From: Hydrurus foetidus
Taxonomy: Eukaryota
Direction: 5' to 3'
DNA: 64,000 nt
NCBI GenBank assembly: GCA_900617105.1
Contig: UYFQ01000032.1
Location: 372,001-436,000, forward strand
The notes under the pieces were generated by a model, which saw only the letters and a program-made list of their open reading frames with translations, was not told the origin of the DNA and did no database searches. Both the position numbers and the translations under genes were made by a program. Positions within the stretch are counted from its first letter, which is position 1, and the number at the start of each line of letters is the position of its first letter. This document shows positions 30,192-38,965 of this stretch, piece by piece.

Positions 30192-31052
30192 ATGTTCAAA
30201 CCATCCCGCGCCCTCAAAACCCTCGTCACCTGCGCCGCCTTGTGCTTTGCGGGGCTGTCATCGGCGCAAGCGGTGTTCCGCATGACCGCCATCCCTGACG
30301 AATCGCCCACCGAATTGGCCCGCAAGGCCGTGCCTTTGGTCAAGTACCTGGAGTCCAAGCTGGGCATGAAGGTGGAATTCACCCCCGTCACCGATTACGC
30401 CGCCTCGGTGGAAGCGCTGGTCAACAAACAGGTGGACATGGCCTGGTTTGGTGGCTTCACCTTTGTGCAGGCCAACGCCCGCTCTGGCGGCAAAATCATC
30501 CCGTTGGTGCAGCGCGAAGAGGACGAAAAATTCCGCTCCGTCTTCATCACGGCTGACCCCAGCATCAAGACGCTGGCCGATTTGAAGGGCAAAACGCTGA
30601 GCTTCGGCTCCGCTTCCAGCACCTCGGGCCACCTGATGCCCCGCAGCTTTTTGCTGGACGCCAAAATCGATCCCGATAAAGACCTGAAGCGCGTCGCCTT
30701 TTCCGGCGCACACGATGCCACCATCGCCGCTGTGGCGGCTGGCAAGGTGGACGCAGGTGCGCTGAACATCTCGGTGTGGGACAAGTTCGTCGCCGACAAA
30801 AAGGTGGACACCAGCAAAGTGCATGTGATCTACACCACCCCCACCTACTACGACTACAACTGGAGCGTCCACGCTGACATGCCCGCCGCCCTGCGCGAAA
30901 AGCTGGCCAAAGCCTTTTTAGACCTGAACAGCAACACCCCTGAGGGCAAAGAGATTTTGGACTTGCAACGCGCCACCCGCTTCATCCCCACCAAAGCCGA
31001 GAACTACAAAGGCATTGAAGCCGCAGCCCGCAGTGCCGGACTGCTCAAGTAA
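30192..31052 (+). CDS. PhnD-family substrate-binding protein, putative selenium-oxyanion type
   Basis: TAIPDE, PVTDYAA, WFGGFT, STSGHLMPR, FSGAHDAT, YDYNW. Confidence 0.82.
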   Translation: MFKPSRALKTLVTCAALCFAGLSSAQAVFRMTAIPDESPTELARKAVPLVKYLESKLGMKVEFTPVTDYAASVEALVNKQVDMAWFGGFTFVQANARSGGKIIPLVQREEDEKFRSVFITADPSIKTLADLKGKTLSFGSASSTSGHLMPRSFLLDAKIDPDKDLKRVAFSGAHDATIAAVAAGKVDAGALNISVWDKFVADKKVDTSKVHVIYTTPTYYDYNWSVHADMPAALREKLAKAFLDLNSNTPEGKEILDLQRATRFIPTKAENYKGIEAAARSAGLLK

Positions 31053-31123
31053 ATGACCATTGAAAAATCAAAATTGATAGCTAATTACGCCCAATCTATA
31101 AGCAGTAAAGGCACTTTTAAGCC

Positions 31124-31954
31124 ATGAATGTGCTGCTCACCGCCTGCTCAGGCCGCCACCCTGCGGCCACAGCGCTGGCACCCGCCGCCTTGCGTGGCCT
31201 CAGCTTGCGCCTGCAACCCGGCGAGCAGGTCGCGGTGATTGGCCCGTCGGGCGCGGGCAAGACCACGCTGCTGCACCTGCTGGCCTGCGCCCTCAAGCCC
31301 TCGGCTGGGCAACTGCGTTTAGGCGAGAACGACCCTTGGGCCGTCTCGCGCAGCACCTTGCAAGGCTTGCGCAAAAACCTGTTCCTCGCCCCGCAAACGC
31401 CCCCCCTGCCCCCCCGTCAACGGGTGGTCACAGCGGTGCTGGCCGGGCAGCTGCCCCGCATGGGCCTGGGGCGCAGCTTGCGCAATCTTTTTTACCCGGT
31501 TGATATTCCCGCCGCCGAAGCGGCCCTGGTGCAGTTCGACTTGGCCGACAAGCTGTTCGAGCGGGTAGACCGCCTTTCCGGTGGTGAGCGCCAGCGTGTG
31601 GGCTTGGCCCGGGTGCTGGTGGCCGATGCCCAGTTGTGGCTGGTTGACGAACCCCTCTCCGCACTCGACCCCACCCGCGCCGAACAAGCGCTGCACACCC
31701 TGACCCACGCCGCCCGCGCCCGCAACGCCACGCTGGTCTCCACGCTGCACCATGTGGACATGGCGCTGGCCCACTTCCCCCGCATCATCGGCCTGCGCGA
31801 CGGTGAGCTGGCTTTTGACTTGCCCACAGCGCAAGTCACCCGCGAGCGGCTGCACCAGCTCTACGCCCAGCACCTGGACGAACTCAGCGGAGCGGCTCCA
31901 CTTGCACCCGCACAGCAAGCTGCACCTGCGCCCGTGGTGATGCACTGCCGCTGA
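31124..31954 (+). CDS. PhnC-like ABC ATPase
   Basis: [25 protein letters not shown]. Confidence 0.88.
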   Translation: MNVLLTACSGRHPAATALAPAALRGLSLRLQPGEQVAVIGPSGAGKTTLLHLLACALKPSAGQLRLGENDPWAVSRSTLQGLRKNLFLAPQTPPLPPRQRVVTAVLAGQLPRMGLGRSLRNLFYPVDIPAAEAALVQFDLADKLFERVDRLSGGERQRVGLARVLVADAQLWLVDEPLSALDPTRAEQALHTLTHAARARNATLVSTLHHVDMALAHFPRIIGLRDGELAFDLPTAQVTRERLHQLYAQHLDELSGAAPLAPAQQAAPAPVVMHCR

Positions 31955-31990
31955 ACTGCACCTGAACAGCACCTTGATCGCCCTTAAGCC

Positions 31991-32845
31991 GTGTCAGCCG
32001 CCCTTCACCCCACCCGCCCTATTGGCCCTGTTCGCACCACCCGCGACCCGGCTTGGCGAGACCGCGTCTTCTGGCTGCTGAGCGCGTCCGTGCTGCTGTG
32101 GCCGCTGCTGGTGCTGACCGAATTCAAACCCTGGGTGCTGTTGCAGCCTGACAGCCTCAAGCCCACGCTGCACTTCATCGCCGATTTCTTCCCGCCCAAG
32201 CTGGAACCCGGCTTTTTGCTGATGGTGGCCAAAGAAACCTGGCGCACCGTCGCCATAGCTACCGTGGGCATCACGCTGGCACTGCTGTTGGCGCTGCCGC
32301 TCACGCTGCTGTCGGTGCGGGTGCTGTCGATCTCTGGCCTCACGGGGCGCATGGGCCCCGTGAGCGCCGGTGTGCGTATCGCCGTGCGCTGGCTGCTGAT
32401 CGTGCTGCGCAGCGTGCCGGAGTTGATCTGGGCGCTGGTGTTTGTGCGCGTGGTGGGCCTGGGGCCCACCTCTGGCGTGCTGGCCATTACACTGACCTAC
32501 GCCGGGATGCTGGGCAAGGTCTACAGCGAAATCCTCGAATCCGGCGAACCGGAAGCCACGCAAGCCCTGCTGCGCAATGGCACAGGCCGGTTGCAAGCCT
32601 TCTTTTACGCGCTGCTGCCACAAAACGCAGCGGAGCTGACCAGCTACACCGTGTACCGCTGGGAATGCGCGATCCGCTCGTCCGCCGTGTTGGGGTTTGT
32701 CGGTGCGGGCGGCTTGGGGCAGCAGATGGATTCGTCCATGAAGATGTTCAACGGTGCCGAGGTCAGCACCATGCTGCTGGTGTTCATGGGTCTGGTGTGG
32801 CTGGCCGATCTCACCAGCGGCTGGCTGCGCCGGGGGTTGGGATGA
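31991..32845 (+). CDS. PhnE-like ABC permease 1
   Basis: LRSVPELIWA, YRWECAIRSS, VGAGGLG. Confidence 0.88.
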   Translation: MSAALHPTRPIGPVRTTRDPAWRDRVFWLLSASVLLWPLLVLTEFKPWVLLQPDSLKPTLHFIADFFPPKLEPGFLLMVAKETWRTVAIATVGITLALLLALPLTLLSVRVLSISGLTGRMGPVSAGVRIAVRWLLIVLRSVPELIWALVFVRVVGLGPTSGVLAITLTYAGMLGKVYSEILESGEPEATQALLRNGTGRLQAFFYALLPQNAAELTSYTVYRWECAIRSSAVLGFVGAGGLGQQMDSSMKMFNGAEVSTMLLVFMGLVWLADLTSGWLRRGLG

Positions 32846-33702
32846 CAGCACCTCTTCAACCCCTGCCGCCGCTTCAACCACAGCCGCAAGCAGCTAACCA
32901 GACTTACAAGCTGCCGCCCAAGCTGTTCGATGCCCGCTGCAAAGCCTGCTGGTTTGTGGTGGGCGTGGTGGCACTGGTAGTGGCCAGCTTCTGGTCGCTG
33001 GACTTGCAATGGGCGAAGTTCCTGTCCGGCGACGCACTCCACCGCATGGGCCGCTTCGCAACGGAGCTGCTGGTGCCCCACACCGAGCCGGTCTTTTTGC
33101 GCAAACTGCTGTGGGCCACGCTAGAGACGCTGGCCATGTCCGCCCTGGGCACCCTGCTGGCCGTGGTGCTGGGCTTGGCCCTTGCGCTGCCCGCCAGCAA
33201 AACCCACGCCGATGACCCGGCCCACTGGCGCGCCCCCACACGCGCCCTGCTCAACGCACTGCGCAGCATCCCCGAACTGGTCTGGGCCACGCTGCTGTTG
33301 ATCGCCGCAGGCTTGGGGCCGTTCGCAGGCACGCTGGCGCTGGGCTTGCACACCGCAGGCGTGCTGGGGCGCTTGTTTGCCGAAAGTTTCGAGAACGCCC
33401 CCAGTGGCCCCGCCTTGGCGCTGCGCGTGCGGGGTGTGGGTGCCGTGCAGGTGTGGGCCTACGCCACACTGCCGCAGGTGCTGCCCCAGCTGATGAGCTA
33501 CACCCTGTACCGCTGGGAAAACAACATCCGCGCTGCTGCGGTGCTGGGCGTGGTGGGCGCTGGCGGCCTGGGTCAAATGCTGGCGTTCCACATGGGCCTG
33601 TTCCAGATGCCACAAACCAGCGCCGTGCTGGTGGCGATGCTGGTGCTGGTGGCGCTGGTGGACGGCCTGAGTAACCTCTCACGACGGATGATGATGCGCT
33701 AA
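32842..33702 (+). CDS. PhnE-like ABC permease 2
   Basis: LRSIPELVWA, YRWENNIR, VGAGGLG. Confidence 0.88.
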   Translation: MTAPLQPLPPLQPQPQAANQTYKLPPKLFDARCKACWFVVGVVALVVASFWSLDLQWAKFLSGDALHRMGRFATELLVPHTEPVFLRKLLWATLETLAMSALGTLLAVVLGLALALPASKTHADDPAHWRAPTRALLNALRSIPELVWATLLLIAAGLGPFAGTLALGLHTAGVLGRLFAESFENAPSGPALALRVRGVGAVQVWAYATLPQVLPQLMSYTLYRWENNIRAAAVLGVVGAGGLGQMLAFHMGLFQMPQTSAVLVAMLVLVALVDGLSNLSRRMMMR

Positions 33703-34931
33703 TGAAAACCCCAACCACCCCCACCCACTTTGTCGCCCTGGCCCTCGCCTTGTCGATGGGGGCTGCGCTGTCGCTGGGCATCACGCGCTTCGCTTACGGC
33801 TTGCTGCTGTCGCCGATGCGCTCGGATCTGGGTTGGTCATACACCCTGGCCGGGGCGATGAACACCGTCAACGCCCTGGGCTACCTGCTGGGTGCCCTGC
33901 TAACCCCGCGTCTGTTGACCCGCTTTGGGGCCGCCCGCGTGCTGCTGACGGGGGCGCTGCTGGCCAGTGTCTTCATGGGGATGAGCGGTTTTTTCACCGA
34001 CGCCGCCCCTTTGCTGGTGCAGCGCCTGCTGGCCGGTTTCGCCAGCGCCTTGGTCTTCGTGGCCGGGGGCTTGATGGCCGCGCGGCTGGGGGCGATGCAG
34101 CCTGCACGGAGTGGTTTTTTGATTGGCCTGTACTACGGCGGCACCGGCTTTGGGATTGTCTTGTCCGCCTTTCTGGTGCCTGCGGTGCTGGACGCAGCCC
34201 ATGCAGCAAATGCCACCACGCCAGCATCCATCCACGGTTGGGCCTGGGCGTGGTGGGCCTTGGCCGTGGCCTGCTTTGCCGTCACAGCCGTGCTGCTGTG
34301 GCCCGCCCGCGTGCTGTCACGCCTGACACCCCCCAGCGCACCGGCCAATGGCGCAGCAGCGGTGGTCTTCACCTGGAAGCCCTTCGCTTTTGCCCTGGCC
34401 GGTTACGCGATGTTTGGCGTGGGTTACATCGGCTACATGACGTTTGTGATCGCCCTGCTGCGCGAACAAGGCGCCAGCGGCCCCGCCATCACCGTGTTTT
34501 ACGCCTTGCTGGGTGTCGCGGTGCTGGTGTCCCCCCGCATCTGGGCGGGTTTGCTTGACCGCTACAAAGGCGGGCAGGTGCTGGCGCTGCTGAATGCACT
34601 CTTGGGCGTAGCCACGCTGCTGCCCGCGCTGACCTCGGCATGGCCCGTGATTTTGGTGTCCGGCATCTTGTTTGGCGCGGTGTTTTTATCGCTGGTAGCG
34701 TCCACCACAGCGCTGGTTCGACACAACCTGCCGCAACCCGCCTGGGGTGCAGGCATCAGCGCCTTCACTATCGTGTTTGCAGCGGGGCAAATCATCGGGC
34801 CGACGGTGGTGGGCTGGATCGCGGACGGCCCTGGCGGGCTGGCGCGGGGGCTGGTGTTTTCAGCGCTGGCGCTGTGGGTGGGGGCGGGGCTGGCTTGGCA
34901 GCAACGGGCGCTGGCAACCGAAAAAGCTTAG
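33702..34931 (+). CDS. YbfB/YjiJ family MFS transporter
   Basis: GITRFAYGLLL..M..DLGWS, GYIGYMTF, AGQIIGP; 12 TM; start overlaps permease stop. Confidence 0.85.
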   Translation: MKTPTTPTHFVALALALSMGAALSLGITRFAYGLLLSPMRSDLGWSYTLAGAMNTVNALGYLLGALLTPRLLTRFGAARVLLTGALLASVFMGMSGFFTDAAPLLVQRLLAGFASALVFVAGGLMAARLGAMQPARSGFLIGLYYGGTGFGIVLSAFLVPAVLDAAHAANATTPASIHGWAWAWWALAVACFAVTAVLLWPARVLSRLTPPSAPANGAAAVVFTWKPFAFALAGYAMFGVGYIGYMTFVIALLREQGASGPAITVFYALLGVAVLVSPRIWAGLLDRYKGGQVLALLNALLGVATLLPALTSAWPVILVSGILFGAVFLSLVASTTALVRHNLPQPAWGAGISAFTIVFAAGQIIGPTVVGWIADGPGGLARGLVFSALALWVGAGLAWQQRALATEKA

Positions 34932-34950
34932 ACAGGTGTATTCTTGCGCT

Positions 34951-35175
34951 ATGAATACCGCCGTCATGAATTTCAAATCTCTGCCTGTTTCAGAACGCAT
35001 CCAATTGGTTGAAGACATTTGGGACAGCATCGCAGAAGAAACGCCTTCAACATTGGAGGTGTCTCCCGCTGAACGCGCTGAATTACAACGCCGCTATGCC
35101 GCGCATATTGCCGATCCTGCCAGCAGCATTCCGTGGGCGCAGGTGAAGGCGACGCTGTTTGGCGCTCAACGCTGA
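34951..35175 (+). CDS. Addiction module antitoxin (TIGR02574-type)
   Basis: LPVSERIQLVEDIWDSI...EL.RR...IPW..VK. Confidence 0.85.
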   Translation: MNTAVMNFKSLPVSERIQLVEDIWDSIAEETPSTLEVSPAERAELQRRYAAHIADPASSIPWAQVKATLFGAQR

Positions 35176-35471
35176 TGGAACTGGTCTTCAGGCCAGAGGC
35201 GCAACAAGAATTGCTGCAAGCCCAAGCTTGGTACGAAGATCGCTCCCCCGGCTTGGGCTTTGAGTTTGCCCGTGCAGTTGATGTGGCGGTAGAACGAATT
35301 CTAAGAACGCCACTGACGTTCCCTCAACTTGAGGGGCAATTCCACCATCTGGCTACCCGCAAGTTCCCCTACTCCATCATTTACCAGCCGACAGAAACAA
35401 CCGTGGTTGTTGTTTCCTGCTTCCACCACAAAAGAAAGCCTGGGTCTTGGCTTCGCAGTCTTGTCGCGTAA
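35175..35471 (+). CDS. RelE/ParE family toxin
   Basis: FRPEA..E....WY...PGLG..F, KFPYSIIY, FHHKRKP; TGATG coupling. Confidence 0.87.
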   Translation: MELVFRPEAQQELLQAQAWYEDRSPGLGFEFARAVDVAVERILRTPLTFPQLEGQFHHLATRKFPYSIIYQPTETTVVVVSCFHHKRKPGSWLRSLVA

Positions 35472-35485
35472 TTTGCGTTGACCGC

Positions 35486-35555
35486 CAACGTCTGGCACTG
35501 CGGGTGAACAGGGGCGGGGCTAGCTTGGCGGCAGCGGGCGCTGTCAACTGAAAAA
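35486..35555 (+). repeat. Degenerate copy of the MFS gene 3' end (34861..34925)
   Basis: GGGGCGGGGCT(G/A)GCTTGGC(A/G)GCA(A/G)CGGGCGCTG(G/T)CAAC(C/T)GAAAAA present at both sites. Confidence 0.85.
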
Positions 35556-35568
35556 TTTTGGCCCCGTG

Positions 35569-35793
35569 TTAAGCCCCACTCAGCCAATGGATCTGAACCT
35601 TGCGATTCTGCGCAAGGCAGTCTCTTAGGTAGAGATTAATAAGGCTCTGGTAAGGAACCCCCGCTTCCGTGGCCATGCCTTTGAAGTACTGAACCACATC
35701 TTCTGAAAGGCGCATCGTGACTGATTTCTTCAGCTTGGATACGTACGGGTTGCGACGCGACTTCATTTTTGAGAGATCGTATTCAGCCTTCAT
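35569..35793 (-). CDS. BrnA/CopG-like antitoxin
   Basis: MKAEYDLS...RRNPY...VTMRL..DVVQYFK......PYQSLINLYL. Confidence 0.87.
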   Translation of the reverse strand: MKAEYDLSKMKSRRNPYVSKLKKSVTMRLSEDVVQYFKGMATEAGVPYQSLINLYLRDCLAQNRKVQIHWLSGA

Positions 35794-35794
35794 G

Positions 35795-35854
35795 TCATTC
35801 ACCTCGGTAGTACTGAGCTTCACTTTCGGTCGCCTTACGAGCAGAGATGATGAG
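35795..35854 (-). pseudogene. 3' remnant of a BrnT (DUF497) toxin
   Basis: LIISARKATESEAQYY* immediately upstream of the antitoxin; 5' part absent. Confidence 0.75.
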
Positions 35855-35855
35855 G

Positions 35856-36326
35856 TTAGGCCGCGCTCTCGGGCAGCCGAAGTTGCATGAACAAGCTGTG
35901 CGGATCTTCCCTGTAGTCGGCGAAAGGGCCAGACTCTTGGAAGCCTGCGCTCCTGTACAACTTCTGCGCAGCCAGGAACGCAGGATGAGTACCGGTTTCC
36001 AGGCTGAGCAAGCTGTACCTGCGTTGCATTGAAGTCTCGATGATTCGATGGAGTACTGCCCGTCCAGCGCCACGGCCGCGAAGCTTTTGCGGAGTGCGCA
36101 TGGACTTGATCTCCCCATGCGTGGCGGTCAATTCCTTCAGCGCACCACAACCTAGCAAGAGGTCGTTGTCCCAGGCCGTCCAAAAGGTAATGTCGGGAGA
36201 TCGTAATTTCGACAGATCCAAGGCGAAGACCTGTTCAGGCGGACTCAACTCGTACATGTTTGCCAAGTGCTCGTTAAAGAGGGCGTGGATTGCGGGGCGT
36301 GAAAGGTCGTCAACTTCGATTCGCAT
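35856..36326 (-). CDS. GNAT N-acetyltransferase (YedL/YsnE-like), cassette-like
   Basis: GCGALKEL...GEIKSMRT...RGRGAG, LSLETG; stop lies within GCCTAAC. Confidence 0.9.
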   Translation of the reverse strand: MRIEVDDLSRPAIHALFNEHLANMYELSPPEQVFALDLSKLRSPDITFWTAWDNDLLLGCGALKELTATHGEIKSMRTPQKLRGRGAGRAVLHRIIETSMQRRYSLLSLETGTHPAFLAAQKLYRSAGFQESGPFADYREDPHSLFMQLRLPESAA

Positions 36327-36497
36327 GATGGTGTGTTGATAGGGTGTTTGGTGAGGCCTAGGAATCAGCGTTTATCGCCGCACCGCAAAGACAAGCCAAG
36401 GGCGAGAACATTGAGCGCAGCAGATAAACCATGTTGAACTGAACCGCCTGAGATGCGGTCAATTGAGGGGGTTTGAACCAGATGGAATTGCCAAACA

Positions 36498-36893
36498 TTA
36501 TGGCCCACCCCAATGAGGCGACTGCACCAGCCCCACAACAGTGAGCACCAAAAACACCCCCACGGGAAGCATGCTCAGGACATTGCCCAGGCCGCGCTTG
36601 GCAGGGTCGGCAACGTAGCCTTTCCAGTAGAGCAGTCGCCCCACCAGAAACACGCCCCCTACAGCGGCCACAGCTTGTGCAGACCCGAATTGCGCAGCGA
36701 TCCACATCAAGGGGAGAAACAAGGCCAGTCGCTCCAGCGTGTTCATGTGAACACGGTAGATGCGCTCAAATTCTGGTGCGCCTGTGACGGCGGGTGCGAC
36801 CACGTTGTAGGTGCGTCTGGCGCGGGCTACCAATGCGCCAAAAAAGACAAACTGAACCAAAGCCAGAACGGTAACGGTGATGACGAAATTCAT
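36498..36893 (-). CDS. MAPEG family membrane protein
   Basis: V..AR..Y.V.AP..TG.PEFER.YRVHMNTLE; AGGAG RBS. Confidence 0.87.
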   Translation of the reverse strand: MNFVITVTVLALVQFVFFGALVARARRTYNVVAPAVTGAPEFERIYRVHMNTLERLALFLPLMWIAAQFGSAQAVAAVGGVFLVGRLLYWKGYVADPAKRGLGNVLSMLPVGVFLVLTVVGLVQSPHWGGP

Positions 36894-37025
36894 GGGGTTG
36901 CTCCTGTGCCCTGAAGCACGCTGGGTAAATCGGTTGATCAATGGGGTGATGAGCTTGAACCAAACTCATGAGATTGATGCACCGCGATAGCTGCAATCGA
37001 CAGGGCCACAGTTTTTATTTTTGAC

Positions 37026-38285
37026 TCAACCCAGCGACGACAACTGCGCCCATAAATACCGGCGTACCCGCTCATCGGTGGTCAAACCGATGGCTTGGGT
37101 GTAGCTCTTCGCTGCGGCTTGGGTGTCGCCTGCTTGGCGCAGCAAATGCGCCCGTGCGGCCCAATAGGCTTGGTAATTGCGCACCGTATCGGGGTCTAAA
37201 GCATCCAGACGGGTCAGCCCCGCTATGGGGGTGCGGGCAGTGCCTACAGCCACCGCGCATCCGACCAAGGCACCCAGCGTTGGGGACAAGTTGACCAGTG
37301 ATTCGTACAGCGCGGCAATCCCATCCCACGGCACCGCGCCGGTGAATGCACGGTGGCAATGGGCGGCTTGAATCGCGGCTTCGAGTTGGTACGGGCCAGG
37401 CGCGGATTGCTGCGATGCTTCATGCAAAAGTTGATCGGCTTGGCGGATTTGTGCCATGTCCCAGCGCTGCATGTCTTGCAGGTGCAAAGGCACAAACTCG
37501 GTACCGACGTAGCGCGCATGGCGGCGTGATTCGCACAGCAGCAGCAAGGCCCACAAGCCTTTGGCCTCGGCGCTGGCAGGCATCAGCGCTGCGGCCAATT
37601 CAGCCAGGTAAATCGCTTCTTGCGCCAAATCGGCCTGACCGCCTTGGCCCAGTTCCCCGATGTCGCCCTTCTCCCAAGCCAAACCATAGGCGGCATAAAT
37701 GGCTTCGAGTACAGCGTGGGTGCGCTCGGGCAAGTCGTGCGCTTCGGGTTCTTCAAAGCGAATGCGCGTTTGGGCAATTTTGGTTTTGGCACGCACCAAG
37801 CGTTGGGCCATGGCCGCTGGCGAGACCCAAAAAGCGCAAGCGATGCGCTTGGCATCCAGGCCCAGCACGGTTTGCAGCATCAGCGCGGTGCGCACGGACG
37901 CATCAATGGCAGGGTGGGCGCAGACAAACATCAGTTTGAGGCGGTTGTCCGGGATCAAGGGCGCATCCGGCACCACAACGTCCCCACCACCGCACAGCGC
38001 GGTCACAGCGGGGTCGCTGGCAAGTTGATCGACCAAGCGCTGATGGCGGGCCACTTGCAGCAGGTGGCGCTTGGCGGCAGTCATGAGCCATGCTTCTGGA
38101 GAGTCGGGCACACCGGATACCGGCCACGCCACCAGCGCACTGGTCAGCGCTTCGGCCAAGGCATCCTCAGCCGCTGCGATGTTGCGCCAGCGGTAGGCCA
38201 GGTAAGCCAGTAAGCGCCCATAAGCGCTGCGGGCTACCGACTCGGCGGCACGCTCTGTGGCAGATGGCGTGTGCTGAGCAGTCAT
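37026..38285 (-). CDS. ECF sigma factor with long C-terminal extension (ECF42-like, DUF6596/TPR)
   Basis: AEDALAEA, LMFVCAHPAI, QRLVRAK, GPYQLEAAI; downstream of a YciI/DGPF gene. Confidence 0.87.
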   Translation of the reverse strand: MTAQHTPSATERAAESVARSAYGRLLAYLAYRWRNIAAAEDALAEALTSALVAWPVSGVPDSPEAWLMTAAKRHLLQVARHQRLVDQLASDPAVTALCGGGDVVVPDAPLIPDNRLKLMFVCAHPAIDASVRTALMLQTVLGLDAKRIACAFWVSPAAMAQRLVRAKTKIAQTRIRFEEPEAHDLPERTHAVLEAIYAAYGLAWEKGDIGELGQGGQADLAQEAIYLAELAAALMPASAEAKGLWALLLLCESRRHARYVGTEFVPLHLQDMQRWDMAQIRQADQLLHEASQQSAPGPYQLEAAIQAAHCHRAFTGAVPWDGIAALYESLVNLSPTLGALVGCAVAVGTARTPIAGLTRLDALDPDTVRNYQAYWAARAHLLRQAGDTQAAAKSYTQAIGLTTDERVRRYLWAQLSSLG

Positions 38286-38289
38286 GCGG

Positions 38290-38646
38290 TCACGCTGACG
38301 GTGGCTTCATGGGCAGCATGACGGGGCGAATCTCGACGCTACCGGTCTGGGCGCTGGGCGAGCGGGCCGCCCATTCGATAGCCGCATCCAGGGTGGGAAC
38401 GTCAATGATGAAGTACCCCCCCAAATGCTCTTTGGTGTCGGCGTAAGGGCCGTCTTGCACTTCACGCTTGCCATCGCGAATGCGCACACTGGTCGCCATC
38501 TCAGGGGGTTCCAAGCCATTACCGTGCTTCACAACGCCCGCCCCTTGCAGCGCACCGATGTAAGCGCCCCAGGCACCCCAATAAGCAGGCTCCCCACGGC
38601 GGGCAAAGTCAGACGCGGGTTGTTTGAAGATAAGCATGTATTCCAT
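38290..38646 (-). CDS. YciI family (DGPF) protein
   Basis: DGPYADTKEHLGGYFII...AAIEWA...VEIRPV. Confidence 0.9.
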   Translation of the reverse strand: MEYMLIFKQPASDFARRGEPAYWGAWGAYIGALQGAGVVKHGNGLEPPEMATSVRIRDGKREVQDGPYADTKEHLGGYFIIDVPTLDAAIEWAARSPSAQTGSVEIRPVMLPMKPPSA

Positions 38647-38705
38647 GATGGATTCCAGTTGCATGAAGGGTTGAGGAAGCAGCACAGCGCGGCTCCTGCT
38701 GATGT

Positions 38706-38732
38706 GATGCGCGAGGATGCCAAGAATCGACA
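38706..38732 (-). promoter_or_regulatory. Putative ECF42-type promoter TGTCGA-17-CATC
   Basis: TGTCGA matches the ECF42 -35 consensus; the -10 is imperfect. Confidence 0.45.
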
Positions 38733-38965
38733 ACATCGTCAAAAAGAAATTTGGATGCGCTGAATTTCATCCCCCAGCGGGCAGTACACCGTTTGATCCG
38801 GCCAGCAGCATTCCGTGAGCGCGGGTGAGTACGTTAGACGGGGTTTTCACAGAAGTACCCAGTGATGGCGGTTGCCTCAATCGCTTCTAAATTGATAGCA
38901 TATGGTGTTTTCTGGGCCAGCGATCAAGACTGGTTTCATTGGGATCGAATACGTCGATACAAGAC

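Noticed and set aside
30192..33702. Canonical phosphonate utilisation operon
   Set aside because: No C-P lyase or ptxD genes; the context is selenium metabolism, so phn symbols were not assigned
38833..38839. GTTAGAC as another attC core
   Set aside because: No partner box or hairpin found nearby
38922..38931. Alternative IS110 left end at ATCAAGA-CT
   Set aside because: Only the CT at 38966 gives a donor matching the ATACGAGG guide and a 17-bp junction promoter
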